In this document: positions 1 through 8,360 of the stretch, one piece after another
Position numbering within the stretch: the first letter of the stretch is position 1
How the letters are laid out: each line of letters opens with the position of its first letter
Source of the DNA: an uncultured Caulobacterales bacterium
GTDB lineage: Bacteria; Pseudomonadota; Alphaproteobacteria; Caulobacterales; Caulobacteraceae
Length of the DNA stretch: 64,000 nucleotides
Assembly: GCA_903862425.1 (NCBI GenBank)
Contig: CAIOYC010000027.1
Span: 1 to 64,000 of the forward strand
Direction of reading: 5' to 3'
Notes under the pieces: model-generated
What the model saw: only the letters and a program-made list of their open reading frames with translations
The model's database searches: none
What the model was told of the DNA's origin: nothing
Translations under genes and position numbers: made by a program

Positions 1-296
1 TACCATCCCACGCACGGGCCGGACGCATCCACGCGCTCCCGGATAGGCGGGTTGTCTTACCCCGCCCTCGACGCCCCAGCCGCTCCGCCGTGCATGACGC
101 GCGTCGCAGGCGCAGCGTATTATCCCGCTCGATCACCCCCCCGCCGCCTCAACTCGGGCTGGATCCGTGAGCCCTCCCCGGTGCGACGGGATAGCGACAG
201 AGAACCACGGCTTTCCGGCGCCGGGGACAAATAAAGTTCGGCCGGCGGTTTGTCCGCGCTTCCGACCCGGTCAGCGCCTCCTCCACTTCCGTCACG

Positions 297-417
297 CCCG
301 GACTCGTTCCGGGCGCCCATGGCGCGACGGCGAGCCAGTCAACGCCCTGAAATGGAAGGCCTTCCACGGACTCACCATCCGAACGCCCGGTGGATGGATG
401 CCCGGAACGAGTCCGGG
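297..417. repeat. Inverted-repeat element. 17-nt arms cccggactcgttccggg (297-313) and cccggaacgagtccggg (401-417) are exact reverse complements, and each is itself a CCCGGA-N5-TCCGGG hairpin. The ~87-nt spacer carries palindromes GAAGGCCTTC and CCATCC-N11-GGATGG.
   Basis: Read directly from the sequence. Lies in a >550-bp stretch upstream of 554 with no convincing ORF; overlapping ORFs are low-complexity Pro/Arg/Gly-rich. Confidence 0.5.
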
Positions 418-511
418 CAAGACGGAGGGAGGGGCGGTGAGAGCGGGTGGTTATCCGCACACTCTCCCCCGGATGAGCGGCCCTCTATCCCCGCATTTTC
501 TGTGGCCGAAT

Positions 512-526
512 GTTCTTGTTCCGTTT
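512..526 (+). promoter_or_regulatory. Candidate LexA (SOS) operator-like direct repeat GTTC-ttgttcc-GTTTC, about 27 nt upstream of the dinG-like start
   Basis: Matches alphaproteobacterial LexA box GTTC-N7-GTTC with one mismatch in the second half-site. Positioned in the promoter-proximal region of a damage-repair helicase gene. Confidence 0.35.
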
Positions 527-553
527 CGAGGCGGCGCGCACTAGGCTGGCGGG

Positions 554-3394
554 GTGTCGTCGCTTCCTGTTCCTTCTTCGGATGTCCCCGCCCGGACGGC
601 GGTGATTCCACCCGCCCTGGCGGTGCTGCCCGGACCTTCGGCGGCGCTGGCCTCCGAGCACGGGGTGCAGAAGCTGAAGGCCGGCGCGGGACGCGATGCG
701 TTCCAGCACGGGCCGGTGATGATCGCCCATGCGGGCCTGACCGCGCGGCGGCTGGGCCTCAACACGCCCGCTCGCGCCCGCCACCTGTTCGACGTGCTGG
801 AGCTCTACGCCTTCACCCGGCCCGCCACCTTCTGCGCGCCCTCGCCCACCGGCCTCGCCGTCGCGCTTGGCCAGCCCGAACCGCGCTCGGTGGAGGCGCA
901 GGCGGAGGGCTTGAGGCTGGCGGCGCAGACCCTCCTTGCCGAGCTGGCCGCCAAGACCTGGCCGAGCCGCGAGGAGGCCCTTGCCGTGGCCGAGACCCTG
1001 GCCCGCGCCGGCTGGGCCTGGGGCCCGCTGGTGGTGCAGGCCCTGCGTACCGTCGCCCCGGGCAAACAATGGCGCAGCTCCGGCCTCGACGTCTGGGGCC
1101 GACTGACCGAGTGGGAGGACGAGGCGCCGTCGGGCGAACCGGGCTCCAGGCCCATCGACCCTGACCGGGTGCGCGACCGCCTTTCGCGCCTCCTTTTGCA
1201 GTCCGGCCTCGACGAGGCGCGTCCGTCCCAGGCCGACTTCGCCGCCGAAGCCGCCTTCGCCTTCCAGCCGCGCGAACGCGAGGGCCAGCCGCGCCTGATG
1301 CTGGCCGAAGCGGGCACGGGTGTAGGCAAGACCATGGGCTATCTGGCCCCCGCCTCGCTCTGGGCCGAGGCCAACGGTCCGGCGGTGTGGATCTCCACCT
1401 ATACGCGGGCTTTGCAGCGGCAGATCGAGCGGCAGAGCCACGCCCTCTATCCCGATCCGGACATCCGCGCCCGCAAGGCCGTGGTCCGCAAGGGGCGGGA
1501 GAACTATCTGTGCCTGCTGAACCTGCAGGAGTTCGTCAATTCCGCCAGCTTGGGCGCCGGCGACCTGATCGGGGCGGGGCTGGTCAGCCGCTGGGTGCGC
1601 GCCACCCGCGACGGGGACATGACGGGGGGCGACTTTCCCGCCTGGCTGCCGACCCTGTTCGCCATCGGCGGTGTCGTGCAGGCGGGGCCGGTGAACCTGA
1701 TCGACCGGCGCGGCGAGTGCGTCCACGCCGGCTGCGTCCACTACCGCACCTGCTTTGTGGAGAAGGCGATCCGCGCCTCCAAGAGGGCCGACATCGTCAT
1801 CGCCAATCACGCTTTGGTGCTGACCCAGGCGGCCTTTGACGGCGCCCGAACCGCCCGCGGACAGGCGGCGGACAGTGAGACAGCGACCCTTAAGCGCGTG
1901 GTGTTCGACGAGGGCCACCACCTGTTCGACGCCGCCGACTCGGCCTTTTCCGCCTGCCTGTCGGGGCAGGAGGCGGCGGAACTGCGCCGCTGGATCCGGG
2001 GGCCGGAAGGACGTCGTCGCGGCCGCGGGCTGGAGCAGCGGCTGGGCGACATGCTGGCCGACCACGACGCGGCGCGCCTGGCCCTGAGCGAGGCCGTGCG
2101 CGCCGCCGCGCAGCTGCCGGGCGAGGGCTGGTCAGCCCGCATTGCCCCGCCGCCGGATGGGCCGGAGCTCGACTGGGAGCAGCCGCGCGCCAATCCCGTC
2201 GGCCCGGTGGAGGGCTTCCTCGCCGCCCTGCTCGACCAGGTTCGCGCCCGTGCCGACACCAAGGCGGAGGGGATGGAGTGCGCCGCCCGCCCCGCCATCG
2301 ATCCGGTGAAGGGCGCGGCCCTCGACGCGGCGCGGGCGCTGGCGGCGGTGGAGACCCCGCTTCTGACGCTCGCCAAAGCCCTCACCGACCTGCTCGACCA
2401 GGAGGCGGACGAACTGCCCACCGGCGAGCGGGCGCGGATCGAAGGCGCGCTGAGGGGCCTGGACCGACGCGCGCGGATGCAGCTGCCCGCCTGGCGCTCC
2501 ATGCTGGGCTCGCTGCAGGACGAGCAGGGCGATCCGCTCTTTGTCGATTGGTTCGAGGCCGTGAACGCCTTCGGACGCATCGCCGACGCGGCTTTCCGTC
2601 GCCACTGGATCGACCCCACCGAACCGCTCGAAGCCACGGTGCTGCGGCCCGCGCACGGGGTGCTGGTCACCTCCGCCACCCTGGCCGACATGGCGCACGA
2701 TATGCCCTTCGCCCTGGCGGAGATGCGTACCGGGGCGGCGCGGATGGCGGAGATGCCCAAGACGTTGAGGCTTCCCTCGCCTTTCGACTATGCCCGCAAC
2801 AGTCGCTGCATCGTCGTCACCGATGTGGGCAAGGACGATCCGCGTCAGGTGGCGGCCGCCATGCGCGAGCTGTTCACCGCGTCCGGCGGCGGCGGCCTCG
2901 GCCTGTTCACCGCCATCCGCCGTCTGCGCGCCGTCTATGAGCGTATCGCCGGGCCGCTGGCCGAGCGCGGCCTGCCCCTCTACGCCCAGCACGTGGACCC
3001 GCTGGAGATCGGCGCCCTGGTGGACATCTTCCGGGCGGAGGAGGACGCCTGCCTGCTCGGCACCGATGCGGTGCGGGATGGGGTGGACGTTCCGGGCCGA
3101 AGCTTGCGCCTGCTGGTCTTCGACCGCATGCCCTGGCCCCGGCCGGACATCCTGCACAAGGCCCGGCGCGAGACCTTCGGCGGGCGCAGCTATGACGACG
3201 CGCTGGCGCGGGCGAGGATCGCCCAGGCCTTCGGCCGCCTGATCCGCCGCGCCGACGACCGGGGCGTGTTCGTCATGCTCGACGCCGCCGCCCCCACCCG
3301 CCTGTTCTCCGGCCTGCCGGAAGGCGTGGAACTGCAGCGCATGGGCCTGGTGGACGCCATCGAACAGGTGAGCGACTTCCTCAACCGCGCCTGA
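554..3394 (+). CDS. ATP-dependent DNA helicase, DinG/Rad3 (helicase C2) family, with ~250-aa N-terminal extension
   Basis: 946-aa ORF. Walker A AEAGTGVGKT, DExH-like VVFDEGHHL, C-terminal helicase-C2 signature VRDGVDVPGRSLRLLVFDRMPWPRPD. Confidence 0.8.
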   Translation: MSSLPVPSSDVPARTAVIPPALAVLPGPSAALASEHGVQKLKAGAGRDAFQHGPVMIAHAGLTARRLGLNTPARARHLFDVLELYAFTRPATFCAPSPTGLAVALGQPEPRSVEAQAEGLRLAAQTLLAELAAKTWPSREEALAVAETLARAGWAWGPLVVQALRTVAPGKQWRSSGLDVWGRLTEWEDEAPSGEPGSRPIDPDRVRDRLSRLLLQSGLDEARPSQADFAAEAAFAFQPREREGQPRLMLAEAGTGVGKTMGYLAPASLWAEANGPAVWISTYTRALQRQIERQSHALYPDPDIRARKAVVRKGRENYLCLLNLQEFVNSASLGAGDLIGAGLVSRWVRATRDGDMTGGDFPAWLPTLFAIGGVVQAGPVNLIDRRGECVHAGCVHYRTCFVEKAIRASKRADIVIANHALVLTQAAFDGARTARGQAADSETATLKRVVFDEGHHLFDAADSAFSACLSGQEAAELRRWIRGPEGRRRGRGLEQRLGDMLADHDAARLALSEAVRAAAQLPGEGWSARIAPPPDGPELDWEQPRANPVGPVEGFLAALLDQVRARADTKAEGMECAARPAIDPVKGAALDAARALAAVETPLLTLAKALTDLLDQEADELPTGERARIEGALRGLDRRARMQLPAWRSMLGSLQDEQGDPLFVDWFEAVNAFGRIADAAFRRHWIDPTEPLEATVLRPAHGVLVTSATLADMAHDMPFALAEMRTGAARMAEMPKTLRLPSPFDYARNSRCIVVTDVGKDDPRQVAAAMRELFTASGGGGLGLFTAIRRLRAVYERIAGPLAERGLPLYAQHVDPLEIGALVDIFRAEEDACLLGTDAVRDGVDVPGRSLRLLVFDRMPWPRPDILHKARRETFGGRSYDDALARARIAQAFGRLIRRADDRGVFVMLDAAAPTRLFSGLPEGVELQRMGLVDAIEQVSDFLNRA

Positions 3395-3446
3395 GGCGAA
3401 GACCTGAGCGTTGCCCACGACGCCTGGGTCCTGTAACCGACCGGAC

Positions 3447-5171
3447 ATGTTCACAGGATTGTCGGATCAGGCGCAGGGCGCCCGCAGTTGGCCGTTCGAG
3501 CAGGCGAAGAATCTCCTCGCCCGCGTGCTAAAACTGCGGCTCGCCGACGACGAGCGCACCCTGGCCGCCGAGCTTATCGCCGCGGGCAAGGCTAACGAAG
3601 CGGTGCAGCGATTCCCCGTCCTCTCTGACAAGGCGGTGATCCTGGAGACGGGCTATGGTCCCTCCGGCCTGCCGCACGTGGGCACCTTCCAGGAGGTGGC
3701 CCGCACCACCATGGTGCGCAACGCCTTCCGCGCCCTCACCGACGACGCCATTCCCACCCGCCTGATCTCATTCAGCGACGACATGGATGGGCTGCGCAAG
3801 GTGGCCCCGGGCCTGCCGAACCAGGCCATGCTGGCCGAAGACATGGGCAAGCCGCTGACCGTGGTGCGCGACCCCTTCGGCACGCACGACAGCTTCGGGG
3901 CGCATAACAATGCCCGCCTGTGCGCCTTCCTCGACGGGTTCGGTTTCGACTACGAGTTCGTCTCCTCCACCGAATGCTACAGGTCGGGCCGGTTCGACGA
4001 GACCCTGCTGATCGCCTTGGAGCGGTTCGACGCCATCCAGAAGGTGATGCTCCCGACCCTGGGTGAAGAGCGCCGCGCCACCTATTCCCCCTTCCTGCCC
4101 ATCTCGCCCACCACCGGGCGCGTGCTGCAGGTCCCGACCCTGGAGCGCCATCCCGAGCGCGGGACCATCGTCTTTGAGGACGAGGACGGGACAAAGGTCG
4201 AGCAGAAGGTGACCGGGGGTCTCGCCAAGCTGCAGTGGAAGCCCGACTGGGCCATGCGCTGGACGGCGCTGGGCGTCGATTACGAGATGAGCGGCAAGGA
4301 CCTGATCGACAGCGTCAAGGCGTCGAACCAGATCTGCCGCGCGCTCGGCGGCGTCCCGCCCGAGGGGTTCAATTACGAACTTTTCCTCGACGAGCAGGGC
4401 CAGAAGATCTCCAAGACCAAGGGCAACGGCCTGACCATGGACGAGTGGCTGCGCTATGGCGCGCCCGAGAGCCTGGCCTATTACGTGTTCCAGTCGCCCA
4501 AGTCGGCCAAGAAGCTGTATTTCGACGTCATCCCCAAGGCGACGGACGAATATATCCAGCAGCTTGAAGCCTATAATCGACCTGCGGACGAACGGGCCGT
4601 GGACGACAACAAGCCGGCCCCGCGCCCGCTCGACAACCCGGTCTGGCATGTGCATGGCGGCCAACCGCCGCGCGCCGATGCCCCGATCTCCTTCGGCCTG
4701 ATGCTGAACCTGGTTTCGGCCGCCAACGCCTCGGACAAGGCGATCCTGTGGGGGTTCATTTCACGCTACATCCCCGGCGCGACGCCGCAGAACCAGCCCC
4801 TGCTCGACCGCCTGGCGGGCTACGCCATCGCCTATTACGAGGACTTCGTCGCGCCGCATAAGCAGTTCCGCGCGCCCACCGATCAGGAGCGGGCGGCGAT
4901 GCAGGACCTGCTGACCCGTTTCAGCGCCCTGCCCGCCGATTGTCAGGATGCGGAGCTTATTCAGAGCGAGGTCTATGCGGCGGGCAAGGAAGCCGGGTTC
5001 GAGCCCCTGCGCGCCTGGTTCCAGGCTCTCTATGAGGTGCTGCTCGGTCAATCGCAGGGACCTCGCTTCGGCTCCTTCGCCGCCATCTTCGGCCTGGAGC
5101 GTACGATGGCGCTGATCGGGCAGGCCCTGTCCGGCGCCTTGGTGAAGGCGGAGACGGCCCCGGCGAACTAG
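3447..5171 (+). CDS. lysK: Lysine--tRNA ligase, class I (LysRS-I)
   Basis: HIGH-like PHVGTF and KMSKS-like KISKTKG motifs, consistent with class I LysRS of alphaproteobacteria. ATG at 3447 (MFTGLSDQ...) chosen over upstream in-frame ORF start 3411. Begins 53 nt after helicase stop. Confidence 0.8.
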   Translation: MFTGLSDQAQGARSWPFEQAKNLLARVLKLRLADDERTLAAELIAAGKANEAVQRFPVLSDKAVILETGYGPSGLPHVGTFQEVARTTMVRNAFRALTDDAIPTRLISFSDDMDGLRKVAPGLPNQAMLAEDMGKPLTVVRDPFGTHDSFGAHNNARLCAFLDGFGFDYEFVSSTECYRSGRFDETLLIALERFDAIQKVMLPTLGEERRATYSPFLPISPTTGRVLQVPTLERHPERGTIVFEDEDGTKVEQKVTGGLAKLQWKPDWAMRWTALGVDYEMSGKDLIDSVKASNQICRALGGVPPEGFNYELFLDEQGQKISKTKGNGLTMDEWLRYGAPESLAYYVFQSPKSAKKLYFDVIPKATDEYIQQLEAYNRPADERAVDDNKPAPRPLDNPVWHVHGGQPPRADAPISFGLMLNLVSAANASDKAILWGFISRYIPGATPQNQPLLDRLAGYAIAYYEDFVAPHKQFRAPTDQERAAMQDLLTRFSALPADCQDAELIQSEVYAAGKEAGFEPLRAWFQALYEVLLGQSQGPRFGSFAAIFGLERTMALIGQALSGALVKAETAPAN

Positions 5172-5237
5172 TACGGCGCAGCGAACAGGGCCACAGTAGT
5201 TTCAACGAGGCCGCAATGGCCGAAGAGGAAACGCGCC

Positions 5238-5966
5238 GTGAAATCTATGTCGGCCCCCGCGGCCGCCCTGCTCATCCTTCTATCAGCGCCCTTGGCCGCC
5301 TCCGCCCAGCCCGCACCGTCGCTCGCCATCGCGGCGGCCGTCGCGGATGCGGGCCGTCCGGCCACGGATAGGTTCCGCGACGAACGCCGCAAGCCCGCCG
5401 CCACCCTGGCTTTCGCCGGCATCCATCCAGGCGAGCGGGTGGCCGAACTGATCCCCGGCAACGGCTACTACACCCGACTGATCGCCAAGACGGTCGGGGC
5501 GCAGGGCCACGTCTATACCCTGCCCTTCACCGAGCCGCGCATCGCCGCATCGCGCGCCATCGCCGCCGATCCCGCCTATAAGAACGTGACCCTGGTGGCC
5601 GGCTCGCCCATGGGGCTCACCTTGCCGGAGAAGGTGGATTTGGTCTGGACCACCCAGAACTATCACGACATCCGCGCCGGTCGCGCCCAGCTCAACAAGG
5701 CCATCTTCGACGCCCTGAAGCCCGGCGGCGTCTACTTCATCGTCGACCATGCGGCCAAGCCGGGCGCGGGCGATGGCGTCCTGCTCTCGCTGCACCGGAT
5801 CGACGAGGACGTGGTGAAGACGGAGGTGCTGGCCACAGGCTTCGTGCTCGACGGCGAGGCCGACTTCCTGCGAAATCCCAAGGATGACCGGACCAAAATG
5901 GTGTTCGACCGCGAACTGAACCGCGACACCGACCAGTTCGTGCTGCGCTTCCGCAAACCGGCTTGA
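5238..5966 (+). CDS. Secreted class I SAM-dependent methyltransferase-like protein
   Basis: N-terminal signal peptide MKSMSAPAAALLILLSAPLAASA. Methyltransferase-like fold region (LIPGNGYYTRLIAKTVG...VYFIVDH). Confidence 0.55.
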   Translation: MKSMSAPAAALLILLSAPLAASAQPAPSLAIAAAVADAGRPATDRFRDERRKPAATLAFAGIHPGERVAELIPGNGYYTRLIAKTVGAQGHVYTLPFTEPRIAASRAIAADPAYKNVTLVAGSPMGLTLPEKVDLVWTTQNYHDIRAGRAQLNKAIFDALKPGGVYFIVDHAAKPGAGDGVLLSLHRIDEDVVKTEVLATGFVLDGEADFLRNPKDDRTKMVFDRELNRDTDQFVLRFRKPA

Positions 5967-5977
5967 GAGGCGACCCG

Positions 5978-6274
5978 ATGAACCTTCCCACCCTCTCGTC
6001 CCGCACCACACTGGCAATCGTCCTCATGCTCGTCTGCATGGCGGGCACAGTCCAGGCGGCCGAAGCCGTAAACGCCATGCCGGAAACCTGCGCCGCCAAG
6101 CTCAAGGCGAGCGACGAAGCCAAGGCCCTGGCGGACGTGAAGCTGGCGGAGGAATACGAACGCTCCGACGCCCAGGTCTATCTGATGCGGCTTGAGCTTT
6201 CGGTCACCAAGCGCGCCCTTGCCGCCGCCCTGGCCAAGTGCGGCGCCGCCTGCACCGCTCCTGCCGCGCCCTGA
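5978..6274 (+). CDS. Small secreted hypothetical protein (Ala/Lys-rich, two Cys)
   Basis: Signal peptide MNLPTLSSRTTLAIVLMLVCMAGTVQAAEA. GAGAGG RBS 7 nt upstream of ATG 5978. ORF-track start 5963 is a TTG overlapping the upstream stop. Confidence 0.4.
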   Translation: MNLPTLSSRTTLAIVLMLVCMAGTVQAAEAVNAMPETCAAKLKASDEAKALADVKLAEEYERSDAQVYLMRLELSVTKRALAAALAKCGAACTAPAAP

Positions 6275-6412
6275 CATAGCCGCCGTTTAGTTTTCCTCGG
6301 TCCGACGCGTATAGAAATCGGTAAGCGCTGCTGTTTCAGATGGCCCTTACCGCCCTATCTGCCTGTCACGCCGGACGACCGGTGAAACCATACGAGACGG
6401 AGGCCGAGGGCC

Positions 6413-7159
6413 ATGTCCAATAAGCTTGCAGGCAAGATCGCGCTGATTTCCGGCGGCACCAGCGGCATCGGCGCCGCCACCGCCAAACTGTTCCAGGCCG
6501 AAGGGGCGACCGTCATCGTCACCGGCTCCAGCCAGAAGTCGGCGGACGCCGCCACGGCTGCGCTGCCTGGCGTGGAGGTCATCGTCTCCAATGCCGGCGA
6601 TGTCGCCGCCACCAAGTCGCTGATTGATCAGGTGAAGGCCAAGCACGGCCGCATCGACGTCCTCTTCGTCAATGCCGGCATCGCCAAGTTCGCCCCGCTC
6701 GAAGCAGCGGACGAAGCCTTCTTCGACGCCCAATTCAATGTGAACGTAAAAGGCGCCTACTTCCTGGTGCAGCACGCCGCGCCGATCATTCCGGACGGCG
6801 GCTCCATCATTCTCACGGCGTCGACGGCGGCGTCCTCGGGCGGCGCGGGCATGAGCGTCTATTCCGCGACCAAGGCCGCCGTTCGCTCCTTCAGCCGCAC
6901 CTTCGCCACCGAACTCGCGCCCCGGAAGATCACGGTCAACACCTTGAGCCCAGGGCCGATCGAAACGCCGATCTTCGGCAAGTCCGGCCTCGACCAGGCG
7001 CAGATCGACGGCTTCATCGACAACATCAAGAGCCGCGTACCCCTGGGCCGTATCGGTCAGGCGGACGAGGTGGCGGCGGCCGCCCTGTTCCTCGCGGCGG
7101 ACGCCACCTTCACCACCGGCTCCGAATTGATCGTCGGCGGTGGTTTGGTGGACATCTGA
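6413..7159 (+). CDS. SDR family NAD(P)-dependent oxidoreductase
   Basis: TGxxxGxG motif ISGGTSGIGAATAKLF. Catalytic YxxxK (YSATKAAV). Confidence 0.85.
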   Translation: MSNKLAGKIALISGGTSGIGAATAKLFQAEGATVIVTGSSQKSADAATAALPGVEVIVSNAGDVAATKSLIDQVKAKHGRIDVLFVNAGIAKFAPLEAADEAFFDAQFNVNVKGAYFLVQHAAPIIPDGGSIILTASTAASSGGAGMSVYSATKAAVRSFSRTFATELAPRKITVNTLSPGPIETPIFGKSGLDQAQIDGFIDNIKSRVPLGRIGQADEVAAAALFLAADATFTTGSELIVGGGLVDI

Positions 7160-7168
7160 TCGGATCGG

Positions 7169-7603
7169 TCAGAGCACCGCCACGCAGATCGCGCCGGCGG
7201 CGATGAGGGCGACGCCGAGCCAGGCGCCCGGCGTCAGCTTCTCCCCCAGCAGCAGCACGCCCGCCAGGGCCACCAGCACGACGCTCAGCTTGTCGATGGG
7301 CGCGACGCGAGCGGCGGGGCCGAGCTGCAGGGCGCGGAAGTAGCACAGCCAGGACGCGCCGGTGGCGAGGCCGGACAGGGCGAGGAACAGCCAGGTCCGG
7401 CCGCTGACCGATGCGGGGCTCTGCCACTGGTGGGTGGCCAGCAGGATCACCAGCAGGGTCGGCACGATCACCAGCGTGCGAATGAACGTGGCGAAGTTGG
7501 AGTTCACCCCCTCCACGCCTACCTTGGCCAAGAGCGCAGTAGCCGCGGCGAATAGGGCCGATCCCAGGGCCCAGACGCGCCAGTCGGACATCAGGCCGTT
7601 CAT
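7169..7603 (-). CDS. EamA/DMT-family small membrane transporter (4 TM)
   Basis: 144-aa hydrophobic protein with EamA-like repeats. 11 nt downstream of and co-oriented with the S24 regulator gene. Confidence 0.6.
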   Translation of the reverse strand: MNGLMSDWRVWALGSALFAAATALLAKVGVEGVNSNFATFIRTLVIVPTLLVILLATHQWQSPASVSGRTWLFLALSGLATGASWLCYFRALQLGPAARVAPIDKLSVVLVALAGVLLLGEKLTPGAWLGVALIAAGAICVAVL

Positions 7604-7614
7604 GCGCGGGCTCC

Positions 7615-8253
7615 TTACTGGCTGGCCCAGAGGATGCGGGCGATCCAGGCGATCTGGCTGCGCTCCAGGATGCGCCCTTCATAATCGGGATTGAGCGAGG
7701 CAAGCTCCAGCCTGGTGGCGGTGATGCGCGCGACCTCCTTGGCCATCACTTCGCCGTTCGTGGTCTTGACCACTACACGGTCGCCGCGCCGGGGTTCGTC
7801 CGTCGCGGGCTGGACGATGATGCGGTCGCCGTCGCGATAGACGGGACGCATGGAGTCGCCCGAAATCTCCAGGGCATAGACGTCGTCAGGACCGCCGGCG
7901 GGCAGTTCGATCTCCTCCCAGCCCTCGCCGGCCGGGAAGCCCGCATCGTCGAAATAGCCGTCCGCTCCCGCCTGGGCGAAACCGAGCAGGGGCGCGCCGC
8001 GTCGCCGCGTGCGCCCGCCGCCCCCGACCAGGTCGGCGAACTCGCCGAAGGAGACGCCCGTCGCGGCGAGGACTTTCGACAGGCTCTCGGTCGATGGCCA
8101 GCGCGCGCGGGGCGGTTCGTCCGACGACAGGCGCTTGGACTTGTTGAAACTGGTGGGATCGAGCCCCGCCATACGGGCCAGGGCCGAGGGGCTCATGTCG
8201 AAACGCTGCGCCAGCGCATCGATGGCCGACCAGATTTCTGAGTGCGACAGCAC
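7615..8253 (-). CDS. HTH (XRE-like) + peptidase S24 autocleaving repressor (LexA/cI-like, not canonical LexA)
   Basis: N-terminal HTH (MSPSALARMAGLDPTSFNKSKR). C-terminal S24 catalytic region ISGDSMRPVYRDGDRIIV with downstream Lys (VVVKTTNGEVMAKEV). Confidence 0.7.
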   Translation of the reverse strand: MLSHSEIWSAIDALAQRFDMSPSALARMAGLDPTSFNKSKRLSSDEPPRARWPSTESLSKVLAATGVSFGEFADLVGGGGRTRRRGAPLLGFAQAGADGYFDDAGFPAGEGWEEIELPAGGPDDVYALEISGDSMRPVYRDGDRIIVQPATDEPRRGDRVVVKTTNGEVMAKEVARITATRLELASLNPDYEGRILERSQIAWIARILWASQ

Positions 8254-8279
8254 GGCGGGATCTCTAAAAAGCTCTAAAG

Positions 8280-8303
8280 AGGAATATACTCCTGTTATAG
8301 GAA
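8280..8303. promoter_or_regulatory. AGGA/TCCT palindromic half-site cluster (AGGAatatacTCCTgttatAGGA) in the AT-rich promoter of the S24 repressor gene
   Basis: Read from sequence. Sits in a ~100-bp AT-rich island (8254-8360) directly upstream of the minus-strand regulator start. Confidence 0.3.
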
Positions 8304-8360
8304 ATCAACCCGCGCAACAAGCGTAGTCTGGGACGCGGTCTATCGGCATCCGTCATTTCC

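Noticed and set aside
401-420. Resemblance of GGAACGAGTCCGGGC to the RNase P RNA P4 strand (GGAAAGUCCGGGC)
   Set aside because: Isolated similarity. None of the other universally conserved RNase P elements are present. Better explained as one arm of the local inverted repeat.
250-1164. 304-aa ORF spanning the dinG upstream region and helicase 5-prime end
   Set aside because: Pro/Arg/Gly-rich, out of frame with the helicase. No RBS or homology. Region better explained as structured non-coding DNA.
6319-6352. CGGTAAG-N20-CTTACCG stem-loop upstream of the SDR gene
   Set aside because: Short 7-bp stem with a 20-nt loop and no T-run. Too weak to call a terminator or regulatory element.
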